A program made the translations under genes and the position numbers. From assembly GCA_963792585.1 (NCBI GenBank), contig CAWBWI010000006.1:192001-256000 (forward strand): a stretch of 64,000 nucleotides of DNA, written 5' to 3'. Every line of letters starts with the position of its first letter. Position 1 is the stretch's first letter. The notes beneath the pieces are model-generated. The model was not told where the DNA came from. It did no database searches and saw only the letters and a list, made by a program, of their open reading frames with translations. This DNA comes from Candidatus Eiseniibacteriota bacterium (GTDB taxonomy: Bacteria; Eisenbacteria; RBG-16-71-46; CAIMUX01; VGJL01). Positions 21,189 to 32,011 of this stretch are shown here, piece by piece.

Positions 21189-22292
21189 TCAGGGGCCTGT
21201 CAGAATGGATGCATAGACGTTCCGTAACCTTACGGCCCCGCTCTGAATCGAGAATCGATCCGCGATCCGGATCCTCCCCCGGCGGCCCATTTCCTCGGCT
21301 TCCGCCCGGTTCGACAGCAGGCGCACCACCGCATCCGCCAGCGCCCGGGGATCGTCCGAAGGGACCAGAAGTCCGGTCGTGCCGTCTTCCACGACCTCCG
21401 CGAGTCCTTCGACACGAGAAGCCACCACGGGAAGTTCCATCGCCATCGCCTCCGCCGCAGCGATCCCAAAGCCCTCCCACAGCGATGGGAACACTGCCAG
21501 GTCCCAGCTCGCCATTTGCCGCGCGATGTCCGCGTGGGAAACGGAACCGTGGAAATGAACCCTGCCGGCGATCCCGAGTTCCCCGGCTTCCCGCTCGAGC
21601 GATTCTTGGAGATCACCGCGACCGATGATCTCCAGTGAAGCGTCCGGATGGCGATGCAGAATGGTGGAGAAAGCCCGCAGCCCCACGGAATGTCCCTTCT
21701 GGGGATGCAATCGACCCACCATACCGATCCGGGGCGCGCTCGCGAGATCGTCGCGATGAAACCGTATCGCGGATGGATCGAATCGTTCGAGGTCCACGCC
21801 GTTGGGAATGGTGACGATCCGGTCCGCGCGCGCGATCTTCCGATCGATGAGATACGCGCGTACGGCGTCGGAGACGGCGACCACCGTCGCGCAGCGTCGC
21901 GTGAGCCGATTCTCGAGCCGGTACAGGAACGTCTCTTCCTTGTGATCCCACGCGTAGTGGCGCGTCGTGACGACCGGCGTCGATCCCCTCAGCGCGGCGA
22001 CGAGCTTGCCGGCGATCCCGGCGTGAACGAGGTGCGTGTGGACGATGTCGTATCGATGAGCCCGCAGCAGGTGCGTCAATCGACCCAAGAGCATCGGATC
22101 CGGACGCCCACCCCGCGAGAGGTCGAGAATTCGGCACCCCGTTGGCTCCCGTCCCTCCAGCGCGCGCGGGCGGCCCACGAGATAGCCGACGGTGAAGTCA
22201 TCCGACGCGGTTCGCGCATGGCGGAGCAGGTCAAGCAGAGCCGTCTGCGCGCCGTCCGGCTCCAGATTCGTGATGAGGTGGAGGACCCTCAT
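21189..22292 (-). CDS. GT4 family glycosyltransferase
   Basis: MRVLHLIT...GAQ, IPNGVD, VGRLHPQKGH, PSLWEGFGIAAAEAMA...PVVASRVEG. Confidence 0.92.
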   Translation of the reverse strand: MRVLHLITNLEPDGAQTALLDLLRHARTASDDFTVGYLVGRPRALEGREPTGCRILDLSRGGRPDPMLLGRLTHLLRAHRYDIVHTHLVHAGIAGKLVAALRGSTPVVTTRHYAWDHKEETFLYRLENRLTRRCATVVAVSDAVRAYLIDRKIARADRIVTIPNGVDLERFDPSAIRFHRDDLASAPRIGMVGRLHPQKGHSVGLRAFSTILHRHPDASLEIIGRGDLQESLEREAGELGIAGRVHFHGSVSHADIARQMASWDLAVFPSLWEGFGIAAAEAMAMELPVVASRVEGLAEVVEDGTTGLLVPSDDPRALADAVVRLLSNRAEAEEMGRRGRIRIADRFSIQSGAVRLRNVYASILTGP

Positions 22293-23521
22293 CGACCGGC
22301 ATCCCCGAGAGATGCCCGGGACGATCGATCAAGCACCTGTCCGGACAATCGCCCGTTCGGACGACCAAGCAATCGATCGTAGAGATCCAGCAGTCGCGCG
22401 GTCCAGTTCGACATCGGGAAGTCGGCAAGGGCACGCGCGCGCCCTGAGCGACCCAGCGCGCGCCGTAGCGTCGGCTCACGCACAAGGCGTGCGAGCGCGG
22501 CCGCCAACGCGCCGGCGTCCCCCGGCGCGGCGAGCAGTCCGTCGACCGAATCGCGGATCGTCTCTCGGATGACCGGCAAGTCGGTCGCCACGACCGGGAG
22601 GCCACGCGCCATCGCCTCGAGAAGCACGAGTCCCTGCCCCTCGAAGTGGGTCGAGAGGACGAAGATGTCCATCTTCGCGTACGCGACCGCCGGGTCGCTC
22701 ATGAATCCCGGGAACGCGACGCGATCTCCCAGGCCGAGCCTGCCTGCGAGATCTTCCGCGGCGACTCGGGTCGGGCCGTCCCCGATCAGGATCAGGCGCG
22801 AGGTGGGATGTTCCTTCAACAAGAGCGCGAAGGCGCGCAGAAGCGTCTCGTGATCCTTCTGCGGTCGAAACCCCGCGATGGAGCCGATGACCACGCCTTC
22901 GCGGCCGGCTGAGGATTCGGGGTTCATTTCCGCATCGGTTGGGATGAGCGGCAGCGCGTTCGGCAGGTGGAGGATCTTCTCCGGGCGCGTCCACCCGCGC
23001 GCCAGCAGCCGGTCGGAGATGTCCCGGCTGACGACGACGTGCGCGTCGACAACCCGCCGGTCCGTGAAGCGCGCGGCGATGCCGGCGGCGATCACCACGG
23101 CGCTCCTCCCGGTGAGCGGCGACAGTGTCTCCCCGTACGCACTACGCACACGGGACGGCGGAAGCAGCAGGCGGGGTGGATTGTGCCAGTGAAAGACGAT
23201 GGGCACGCGCGGGCGCGTCCATCCGCAGGCGAGCGCGAAGGGAAGCGCAAACGAAAAGGACAGGTGGGCGAGATCGATGCGGCGATCGCGCCGGATCCTG
23301 TCGAACTCCCGTGCGAAGCCGTTGCGGGTCGGTCGACGGATCTGGGGGACGACCAGCGTCTCCACACCGTCGCCGACGTCGCGGAGCCATGGCCGCGCCC
23401 GTGGGAAGGCGACGACGAGCCGATCGCCTCGGGCGTGTAGGGCTTTGCCCAGAGCCGACAGATGGTCCACGATGCCGCCGGGGAAGGGCGGCGAGTAATC
23501 GAGGACGTGCAGGATTCTCAT
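22289..23521 (-). CDS. GT4 family glycosyltransferase
   Basis: MRILHVLD, FRPQKDH, STHFEGQGLVLLEAMARGLPVVATD. Stop overlaps the next start. Confidence 0.9.
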   Translation of the reverse strand: MRILHVLDYSPPFPGGIVDHLSALGKALHARGDRLVVAFPRARPWLRDVGDGVETLVVPQIRRPTRNGFAREFDRIRRDRRIDLAHLSFSFALPFALACGWTRPRVPIVFHWHNPPRLLLPPSRVRSAYGETLSPLTGRSAVVIAAGIAARFTDRRVVDAHVVVSRDISDRLLARGWTRPEKILHLPNALPLIPTDAEMNPESSAGREGVVIGSIAGFRPQKDHETLLRAFALLLKEHPTSRLILIGDGPTRVAAEDLAGRLGLGDRVAFPGFMSDPAVAYAKMDIFVLSTHFEGQGLVLLEAMARGLPVVATDLPVIRETIRDSVDGLLAAPGDAGALAAALARLVREPTLRRALGRSGRARALADFPMSNWTARLLDLYDRLLGRPNGRLSGQVLDRSSRASLGDAGR

Positions 23522-23560
23522 GCTGAGGCGACCACTCCCCGTACGACCGATGCCTCCCGC

Positions 23561-24550
23561 CTACAGGCTCCCCAGCAGTTCCTCGTTCGTCTTGAATCGC
23601 TGAAGGAGACCAAGTAGGCCGCTCATCGCCTCGTCGACCTTCTTGCCGGCAAGGACGCGTCGCAGCATGTGGAGTCGCGGGAGCAGATCGGGCCGGACGA
23701 GCTTTTCTTCCTTGCGGCTGCCGCTCTTGGCGATATCGATGCAGGGGAAGATGCGCTTCTCGAATAGGTCGCGCGAGAGGACGAGCTCGGTGTTTCCCGT
23801 CCCCTTGAATTCCTGAAAGATCACCTCGTCCATCCGCGAGCCGGTGTCGACGAGCGCCGTGCCGAGGATCGTGAGGCTCCCGCCCCCTTCGATCTTGCGG
23901 GCCGCGCCGAAGGTCTGCCGCGGGCGCTGCATGGTCGATGCGTCGAGTCCGCCGCTCAGGGTGCGTCCGGATCCCTCGAGAACGTTGTTGTAACCGCGCG
24001 CGAGACGGGTGATCGAGTCGAGGAGCAACAGCACGTCCTCCCCCACCACCACCCGCTCGAGAACCACGGCCATCGCCTCCTCGGCCTTCTCGATGTGCTC
24101 CTGCGCCGAGAGATCGGACGAGGCCGCGTAAACCGTCGCCTTCACGCCCCGCCGGAAGTGGGTCACTTCCTCCGGCCGCTCGTCGACGAGCAAGACATAG
24201 ACGGCCATCTCCGGGTGGTTCTTCTCGACGGAGTTGGCGACGTCCATGAGAAAGGTCGTCTTGCCCGCCTTGGGAGGGGCGACGATCATGCAGCGCTGAC
24301 CCTTTCCGATGGGGGCGATCAAATCGAAAGCCCGCATGGATATTCCGTCGGGGGTCGTCTCGAGAACGATCCGCTCGTAGGGATCCACGCTGGTCCCCTG
24401 CTGCAGTTCCCGGAACAGGCCGTCGAGCACGTCGCGCCGCGAGCGGGCCTGTCCACCACCGCGACGATCACGGTGGTGCTGGGGAGACCCGGCGTGGGAG
24501 CCCGAGCGATTGTGTGGGGGGCGTCTGCGGGGAGGCCGTCCATCAGGCAT
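23561..24550 (-). CDS. rho: Rho-family ATPase (transcription termination factor Rho paralog) lacking the N-terminal RNA-binding domain
   Basis: [82 protein letters not shown]. Only about 50 low-complexity residues precede the ATPase core. Confidence 0.88.
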   Translation of the reverse strand: MPDGRPPRRRPPHNRSGSHAGSPQHHRDRRGGGQARSRRDVLDGLFRELQQGTSVDPYERIVLETTPDGISMRAFDLIAPIGKGQRCMIVAPPKAGKTTFLMDVANSVEKNHPEMAVYVLLVDERPEEVTHFRRGVKATVYAASSDLSAQEHIEKAEEAMAVVLERVVVGEDVLLLLDSITRLARGYNNVLEGSGRTLSGGLDASTMQRPRQTFGAARKIEGGGSLTILGTALVDTGSRMDEVIFQEFKGTGNTELVLSRDLFEKRIFPCIDIAKSGSRKEEKLVRPDLLPRLHMLRRVLAGKKVDEAMSGLLGLLQRFKTNEELLGSL

Positions 24551-24668
24551 GGCCCGAGGCTAGCAGCCACGGGCGGGATCTCCAAGCGGAACAAGCCGCC
24601 TGGCACGAGCAACCATGCGGAGAAAGCGGCCTGTGGCGCCGGTCCCCCAGCGGTTCTAAGCTCGGGCC

Positions 24669-26153
24669 ATGGCATCCCCGCGAGACGATTTGACCGATGT
24701 CCCCGGGTTCCGCGCGGGGAGCGCAGAGGATTCGGATGCCTGCACGGGTTGCACGGTCGTGCTCACTCCCCCGGATGGGGCGGTCGGCGGCGTTCATCAG
24801 ATGGGGGGCGCTCCGGGCACCCGAGAGACCGACCCCCTGCGTCCTCTTCATCTCGTCGATCGGTGCCATGCCGTCCTGTTGGCGGGTGGAAGCGCCTTCG
24901 GTCTCGATGCAGCGGGCGGGGTCGTCCGCTATCTCGAACGCAGGGGGATCGGCTTCGATACGAGCGCGGCGCGGGTCCCGATCGTCCCCGCCGCGGTGAT
25001 CTATGACCTGGGTCTCGGCCGCGCGAACGTGCGTCCGGATGCGGCGATGGGGGAAGCGGCATGCGTCGAAGCGGATCTCGGCGGCCCCGTCCGGCAGGGG
25101 AATGCCGGGGTCGGCTGCGGGGCGAGCGTGGGGAAGATCCACGGCATGGCGTGCGCGATGAAGGGGGGGCTGGGATCCGCGAGCGCCGAGGCGACCTCGG
25201 GCATCTTCGTCGGCGCGCTCGTCGCGGTCAACGCCTTCGGCGATGTGACCGACCGCGAAGCGGGCAGGATTCTCGCGGGCGCCCGGATCCCCGGATCGCG
25301 GGCGGACAAGCCGGCCTTCGCGGACACGGTCGCCGTCCTGAAGGCGCGCGGCGCGCGTGCGCTCGCATTCGGCCCCCAGGCGACGAACACGGTGCTCGCC
25401 ATCGTCGCGACCAACGCCCGCCTCGACAAGGAGGGGGCGAACGTGCTCGCGCAAATGGCCGGTTCGGGTCTGGCACGCGCGGTGCGACCGGTCCACACAC
25501 AGGTCGACGGCGATACGGTCTTCGCGCTCGCATCGGGCGAGCGTGAATGCGACGTGAACCTCCTGGGTGCGGTCGCCGCCGAGCTCGTCGCGTTGGCGAC
25601 GATGCGCGGAGTTCTCACCGCGCGACCTCTCGGCGGCCTCCCCTGCGTGGGAGACTTGCGGAACCCCACCTCGAGCCTGCGCATCCGGAGCGGGAGCGCC
25701 GACGACGCCGGCGCGGCTACGGAGATCGCGCGCGATCTCGGCGAGTGGCTCATCGGTTCCGCGATCGAGACGATCGGGGAGGAAATGGGACGGCACGCGA
25801 GCCTGGTCGCGGAGTCCGCGGGCCGGCCGGTCGGATTCCTGATCCACGGTGAAAGCGACGACCACCACGAGCCCGGCCTCGTGGAGATTCGGTGGCTCGC
25901 GGTGGCGCGCGGAAGTCGCGGGCAGGGGATCGGGCACGCCCTGCTTCGCGCTCTGGAGGATGACGCGCGCGCGCGCGGCGCGACGATGGTCGAGCTGTGG
26001 ACGGTCGCGGAAACCGAGTTCTATCCTCCCTACGCCGACACCCGTGCCTTCTATCGAGCGTGTGGATACGAGGTGTTCTACACCGACGACATCGCGCGGG
26101 AACGCAAGAGCGGCAGCGCGGTCTTCTTCCGCAAGAGGATCGCGAAGGCCTGA
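24669..26153 (+). CDS. DmpA/P1 (S58) family aminopeptidase fused to a C-terminal GNAT acetyltransferase
   Basis: LTDVPGFRAG, GGAPGTRETD, LAGGSAFGL, VPIVPAAVIYDL, NTVLAIVATNA, PVHTQVDGDTVF. Then GNAT motif A LAVARGSRGQGIGHALL and AFYRACGY. Confidence 0.85.
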   Translation: MASPRDDLTDVPGFRAGSAEDSDACTGCTVVLTPPDGAVGGVHQMGGAPGTRETDPLRPLHLVDRCHAVLLAGGSAFGLDAAGGVVRYLERRGIGFDTSAARVPIVPAAVIYDLGLGRANVRPDAAMGEAACVEADLGGPVRQGNAGVGCGASVGKIHGMACAMKGGLGSASAEATSGIFVGALVAVNAFGDVTDREAGRILAGARIPGSRADKPAFADTVAVLKARGARALAFGPQATNTVLAIVATNARLDKEGANVLAQMAGSGLARAVRPVHTQVDGDTVFALASGERECDVNLLGAVAAELVALATMRGVLTARPLGGLPCVGDLRNPTSSLRIRSGSADDAGAATEIARDLGEWLIGSAIETIGEEMGRHASLVAESAGRPVGFLIHGESDDHHEPGLVEIRWLAVARGSRGQGIGHALLRALEDDARARGATMVELWTVAETEFYPPYADTRAFYRACGYEVFYTDDIARERKSGSAVFFRKRIAKA

Positions 26154-26154
26154 G

Positions 26155-27411
26155 ATGCGCCGCGCGACGCTTGCGCTGATCGCCCTCTCGATCGCTCCCG
26201 TCGCGCACACGGGCGCACCCAGCGTGCAGGCGGTCGCAACCAGCGTGCACGCGGACGCTCCCATCCCGCATGCGGTCACACCCAGCGTGCAGGCAGTCTC
26301 AACCGTCGCGCACGCGGTCGATCCTCTGAACGAGACCTTCGTGCAGGAGAAGCTGGGCGAGCGTGTCGATCGGCTCCTGACCGATTGCGCTGCGGCGGGG
26401 TTCTCGGGCGCGACGCTGATCTATGCCAATGGGATCATCGTCCTGAACAAGGCCTACGGGATCGCCGATCGCGGGAACGGGGCGCCCAACACCGTCACGA
26501 CCCGGTTCCCGCTCGGCACTCTCTCGGAGCAGTTCACGGCGGCAGCGATCCTCCGCCTCGAAGATCTGGGCAAGGTCGCGACCACGGATCGTCTCGAACG
26601 CTACTTTCCCGACGGTGGGGGGCGGCCGGCGCGCGCGACGATACAGGATCTGCTCGCGGATCCTGCCGGCGGTTACGGCGCCCTGGCGGAGATCGTGGAG
26701 CAGGTCTCGGGGCGCTCCTTCGAGGCGTTCGTGACCGATGAGCTGCTCGTCCCCGCGCGGATGCTCGATTCGGGATTCGCCCCACTCCCGCCCGGTGCGC
26801 GCGCGGCGGGAAGGTACACCGACGATCGGAAGGCCTTGGGGACCCGCGTCCACTTCCCCACCTTCCCGCGCGGCGTGCGCCTCTTCGCCGCCTCGTTGTG
26901 CAGCCGCGCGGCGGCCCTGCGCCCTGCACCCGAGCCGGACTACGAGAAGGGGGTCAACGGCATCTACAGCACCACCGCCGATCTCTTCCGATGGGACCTG
27001 GCCCTTCGCGGGACCGCGCTCCTCTCGGAAGACGCGAAGGCGAAGCTCTTCAACCCGTTCACCAACGAACGCGCCTATGGCTGGCGATTCGAGCGGATCT
27101 CGCAGGGCACGCCGCGTCTGAGCGCGACGGGAGGCCGGTCGGGGATCGAGTGCGGGATCTACAGATATCCCGATCGCGGGCTCGTGATCGTGCTGCTCGC
27201 GAACAATGACATGGGATGGCGGGACCCGATCATCCGATCGATCGAGGGTTCGTCAGGTGGTCCGCGGATCGACTGGATCGTCACGGCGGTCGGGGTGATC
27301 GTTCTCTATTTGGTATTACAGGGAGCGCTCCACCGGCGCGTTCCCGACCCCGTGAAGCGGATCCGCCACAGAATCTTCCCGATCGACCGGAGGAAGGGCG
27401 GGTGGCAATGA
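26155..27411 (+). CDS. Beta-lactamase/serine-hydrolase fold protein with degenerate catalytic motifs, signal peptide and C-terminal TM anchor
   Basis: ATG 26155 lies right after the upstream stop. FSGATLI, KAYGIADR, TRFPLGTLSEQFTAAAIL, GIYSTTADLFRWDLAL, YGW. C-terminal hydrophobic helix with a basic tail. Confidence 0.75.
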   Translation: MRRATLALIALSIAPVAHTGAPSVQAVATSVHADAPIPHAVTPSVQAVSTVAHAVDPLNETFVQEKLGERVDRLLTDCAAAGFSGATLIYANGIIVLNKAYGIADRGNGAPNTVTTRFPLGTLSEQFTAAAILRLEDLGKVATTDRLERYFPDGGGRPARATIQDLLADPAGGYGALAEIVEQVSGRSFEAFVTDELLVPARMLDSGFAPLPPGARAAGRYTDDRKALGTRVHFPTFPRGVRLFAASLCSRAAALRPAPEPDYEKGVNGIYSTTADLFRWDLALRGTALLSEDAKAKLFNPFTNERAYGWRFERISQGTPRLSATGGRSGIECGIYRYPDRGLVIVLLANNDMGWRDPIIRSIEGSSGGPRIDWIVTAVGVIVLYLVLQGALHRRVPDPVKRIRHRIFPIDRRKGGWQ

Positions 27412-28946
27412 GCTCCCCGAATCCGCCCGATCGGGGCTCGGGGTTCTTGCGGGCGCTCGCCCTCGCGTTCGGCCTGGCGTATGTCGGCGTCTATCTCTTC
27501 CTTGCCGTGCGACGGATGAGCTATCCGTTCGAACTCGAGTGGATGGAGGGCGGCGCGGTCGACCATGTCCGTCGCATCCTGGCGAGCGAGCCGCTGTATG
27601 TCGCACCGTCCCTCGACTTCGTCCCGTACACCTACACGCCGCTCTATTTCTACATCTCCGCCGTTGTGTCGAAGTTGACGGGAGTGGGACTCTTCCCCCT
27701 GCGCCTGGTCTCCTTCCTGGCATCGATCGGATCGCTGGCACTGATTGCGGCCATCGTCCGGCGCCGCACCGGTGGCCCGACCGGCGGTCCAACCGCGCCG
27801 ATTCTCGCGGCTGCACTGTTCGCGGCCACCTTCCGCGCTTCGGGGGCCTGGTTCGACATCGCGCGTGTCGACTCGCTCTTTCTGGTCCTGATTCTCGCCG
27901 CCGTCGCGATCCAGCTGCGATGCGTCCCCGGAGGCGGGACTGTCGGAGCGCCTGCGACCGCCGCGAGCACCTCGAGGATCTCGGACCCTGCCGTGCGCGC
28001 CGGTATCGCGTCCGGCGTCCTCTTGGCCCTCGCCTTCTTCACGAAGCAGGCGGGGCTCTTCATCGGGATCCCGATCGCCGTCGGCGCGATCGTCCTGGAC
28101 CGGCGCATGGGGATCGCGTGCGCGGCGAGCGCCGCGGTTCTGATCGGCGGAGGGATCCTCCTGATCGATCGCGCGAGCGGGGGGTGGTTCACGTTCTATG
28201 TTTTCGATCTGCCCCGATTGCACGGGATCGTGCGCCGAATGCTCCTCGACTTCTGGACGCTCGATCTCGGCCGGCACCTCATCGTCGGCTGCATCCTCGC
28301 CGGATATCTTCTTGCGAGCCGCGTCCTCGGGCGACGGGAGAGAATCTTCTATGCCCTGCTGGCCGTGGGGATGATCGGCGGCACCTATGCGATCCGCGTC
28401 CGCGAGGGAAGCTACGACAATATCCTGATGCCCGCCTACGCACTGATCGCCCTGCTCGCGGGGATCGCGACCCCCGTCGCCGCCCGCCCGACGCGCGCGT
28501 TCCTCGTCTACGGCGCGTGGGTCGCCCAGTTCGCGCTCCTGATCTACAACCCGATCGAGCAGCTGCCCACCACGGCGGATGCGCGCGCCGGCCGCGCGCT
28601 GGTCGCGCGGATCGCGCAGATCGACGGGCCCGTGTTCATCCCCTGTCACGGCTATCTCGCGGCGATGGCGGGCAAACCGACCCACGCGCAGATGATGGCG
28701 CTCGGCGACGTCCTGCGCTGCGATCGCGTCGACGTGCGGGACCGCCTGAACACCGAGGTCTCACAGGCGGTGCGGGAGCATCGATTCGGAATGATCATCC
28801 AGGACGGCGAGTGGCTTCCCGAGATGGAACGTTACTACGTCCCCGTGGGACCGGTCTTCCAAGACGAAACCGTCTTCTGGACGCGAACGGGTCTGCGCAC
28901 GCGCCCCCAGCTGCTGTTCATCCCGCGGTCGCGGTCTTCCTCCTGA
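27408..28946 (+). CDS. Polytopic membrane protein, ArnT/GT39-like glycosyltransferase
   Basis: ATGA overlap at 27408. [22 protein letters not shown] and FTKQ motifs with many TM helices. Confidence 0.7.
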   Translation: MSSPNPPDRGSGFLRALALAFGLAYVGVYLFLAVRRMSYPFELEWMEGGAVDHVRRILASEPLYVAPSLDFVPYTYTPLYFYISAVVSKLTGVGLFPLRLVSFLASIGSLALIAAIVRRRTGGPTGGPTAPILAAALFAATFRASGAWFDIARVDSLFLVLILAAVAIQLRCVPGGGTVGAPATAASTSRISDPAVRAGIASGVLLALAFFTKQAGLFIGIPIAVGAIVLDRRMGIACAASAAVLIGGGILLIDRASGGWFTFYVFDLPRLHGIVRRMLLDFWTLDLGRHLIVGCILAGYLLASRVLGRRERIFYALLAVGMIGGTYAIRVREGSYDNILMPAYALIALLAGIATPVAARPTRAFLVYGAWVAQFALLIYNPIEQLPTTADARAGRALVARIAQIDGPVFIPCHGYLAAMAGKPTHAQMMALGDVLRCDRVDVRDRLNTEVSQAVREHRFGMIIQDGEWLPEMERYYVPVGPVFQDETVFWTRTGLRTRPQLLFIPRSRSSS

Positions 28947-31900
28947 AGATCCTCCGTGCCGCCTTCGGCAATCGATCCATGTAGATGTAGAAGACCGGCG
29001 TCACGAAGAGGGTCAGGAACTGCGAGAAGATCAGCCCACCCACGACCGCCAGCCCGAGCGGGCGCCGCGATTCCGCGCCCGCGCCGAGGCCGATCGCGAT
29101 CGGAAGGGTCCCCATGAGCGCCGCCATCGTCGTCATCATGATCGGCCGGAAACGGATCACGCACGCTTCGTAGATCGCCTCGGCGGGCGTCTTCCCCTCG
29201 TTGCGCTGCGCGTCGAGGGCGAAGTCGATCATCATGATCCCGTTCTTCTTGACCGAGCCCGACGAGCATGATGATCCCGACGAAGGCGTAGATGCTCACC
29301 TCGACGCGGAAGAGCCAGAGCGTCACGAGCGCGCCGAAGCCGGCGAACGGTAGCGCCGAGAAGATCGTCAGCGGGTGGATGAAGCTCTCGTAGAGGATCC
29401 CGAGGACGATGTAGATGACGATGATCGTCATGATGAGCAGCATCCCGAGCCCCTTCACCGAAGACTGGAACGCCTGCGCGGTTCCCTGGAAGCTCGTGGC
29501 GATCGTGGCCGGAAGCTCCGCGCGGGCGAGCTCCTGAACGCTCTCCACCGCGCCGCCGAGCGCGATCCCCGGCTTCAGGTTGAACGAGATCGTGACGGCG
29601 GGGAGCTGGCCGAGGTGGTTCACCGACGCGGGGCCGAGCGACTGGCTGATCGTCGCCACGCTCCCGAGCGGCACGAGGCGTCCCGAGGAGGAGCGCACGT
29701 AGAGCATCGAGAGGGCATGCGGATCGAGCTGGTACTCCGGCAGGAGTTCCAGGATCACCTGGTACTGGTTGTTCGGAGTGTAGATGGTCGAGATCTGGCT
29801 CGACGAATAGGAAGACTGCAATGCCGCTTCGATCTGTTGCGCGGTCACGCCCAGCGCCGATGCCCGATCCCGGTCGATCTCGACGTCCACCTGGGGGTTC
29901 TTGATCAGGAGGTCGCTGGTGACGTCCTGCAGCCCCGGGAGATCCCGCATCTTGGCCTCGAGCTTCTGGGCATTCTCGTAGAGCTCGTCGGTGTCGACCC
30001 CCTGCAGCGTGAACTGATACTGCGCCTTCGAAACGGAACCGCCGACGTTGATCGAGGGGGGCACCTGCAGGAAGGCGCGGACTCCCGGGATCTGCGCGAG
30101 CTTGGGTCGCAATCCCTCGATGATCTGCTCGGGCGTGCGCTTGCGCTCCCCGCGCGGCTTCAACCGGATGAAGACGTTCCCCTGGTTCGAGGTGCCGCCC
30201 CCCCGTCCGCCAACGTTCGACATGAAGGCCGCGATGTCCGGATCCTTCGCCAGGACCGCCGCGACCTCCTTCTGGTGCGCGACCATCGCGTCGAAGGCGG
30301 TCCCCTGCGCCATCTCCGTGCTCCCGCGGATCTGGCCGGTGTCCTCCGTGGGCAGGAAACCCTTCGGCGCGACCCGGAACATCACGAAGGTCAGTGCGAG
30401 GATCAGGCCGGAAAAGACCACGACGGCGCGCCGGTGGACGATCGACCACTTGAGACCGCGCTCGTAGGCGGCGAGGAGGGAATCGAAAACGCGCTCGCTC
30501 CAGGCGTAGAAGCGGCCGTGGTGCGCCTGGGCCGAAGGACGCAGCCAGCGGCTCGAGAGCATCGGCGTCAGCGACAACGACACGAATCCGGAGATCAGGA
30601 TCGCGAGTCCGATCGTGACGGCGAACTCGTGGAAGAGCCGCCCCATGATGCCGCCCAGGAAGAGGATCGGGATGAAGACGGCGGCGAGCGAGAGGGTCAT
30701 CGAAAGGATCGTGAACCCGATTTCGCGGGAACCGTTCAGAGCCGCCTCGAGCGGTTTCTCCCCCATCTCCATGTGACGAACGATGTTCTCGAGCATGACG
30801 ATCGCGTCGTCGACCACGAATCCCACCGAGAGGGTCAGGGCCATCAGCGACAGGTTGTCGAGGCTGAAGCCGAGCAGGTGCATCGCCGTGAAGGTGCCGA
30901 CCAGCGACATCGGCAGCGCGAGCGAGGGGATGATCGTGGCCGAGATGTTCCTGAGGAAGAGGAAGATCACCAGGATGACGAGGATCAAGGTGATCAGCAG
31001 CGTGGTCTTGACGTCGTTGACCGATTCGTGGATCGGCAGCGATCGATCGAAGAGGACGTTCATCGTCACCGAGGCGGGCAGCTTCTCACGGAACGTGGGA
31101 AGAAGATCCTGCACGGCCTTCGCGACCGCCACGGTATTCACCCCCGGCTGCTTCTGGATGGCCAGGACGATCGCCCGCTGGTCCACGAACCAGGCCGCGA
31201 CCTTGTTGTTCTCCACACTGTCGAATACCTTGCCGACCTCTTCGAGCCGCACCGGGTGACCGTTGCGGTAGGCGACGATCACCGGCTTGTAGGCGTCCGC
31301 ATCGTAGAGCTGGCCGCTCGCCTGGATTGCGAAGCTCTTCTCGGCGCCGCTCAGGACGCCCGTCGGAAGGTTCACGTTGGCGGCGCGGATCGCGCTCGTG
31401 ATCTCCTCGATCCCGATTCCCATGCTCGCAAGCGCGTTGGGATCGAGCTGCACGCGCACGGCGTATTTCTGCGATCCAAAGACAGAGACCTGGGCCACGC
31501 CGCTCACCATCGAGATCCGCTGGGCGAGCAGCGTCTGCGCGTACTCGTCGAGCTGATAGAGCGGCAGCGTCGCAGAGGTCATCGCGAGGAAGAGAATCGG
31601 CGAGTCGGCGGGATTGACCTTGCGATAGGAAGGTGGGCTCGGCATGTCGCGCGGCAGACGCGAAAGGGTGCCCGCGATCGCCGCCTGCACATCCTGCGCC
31701 GCGGCGTCGATGTCGCGGGAGAGATCGAATTGCAGTGTTACCTGGGTGTTCCCCTGTCCGTTCGTCGAGGTCATCGAGGTGATCCCGGCGATCGTCGAGA
31801 ACTGCTTCTCGAGCGGCGTGGCGACGGCCGCGGCCATGTCTTCAGGACTCGCGCCTGGCACGTTCGCGGACACCTGGATCGTCGGGAAGTCGACGTTGGG

Positions 31901-32011
31901 CAGGTCGCTCACCGGCAGGCTGCGGTAACCCATCACGCCGAAGAGCAGGATCCCGAGCATGATCAAGGTCGTCATGACCGGGCGACGGATGAAGATGCCG
32001 GCGATGTTCAT
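28918..32011 (-). pseudogene. RND efflux permease (MdtB/MdtC/AcrB family) with a single-base frameshift at about 29253
   Basis: FIRRPVMT, LPNVDFPTI, GFVVDDAIVMLENI. Reads LVGL then an extra G; removing it restores [12 protein letters not shown]...RFRPIMMTT, which is ORF 28918..29235. Confidence 0.9.

Noticed and set aside
24601..24618. Sigma54 promoter at TGGCACG
   Set aside because: No TTGC/GC at the required -12 spacing.
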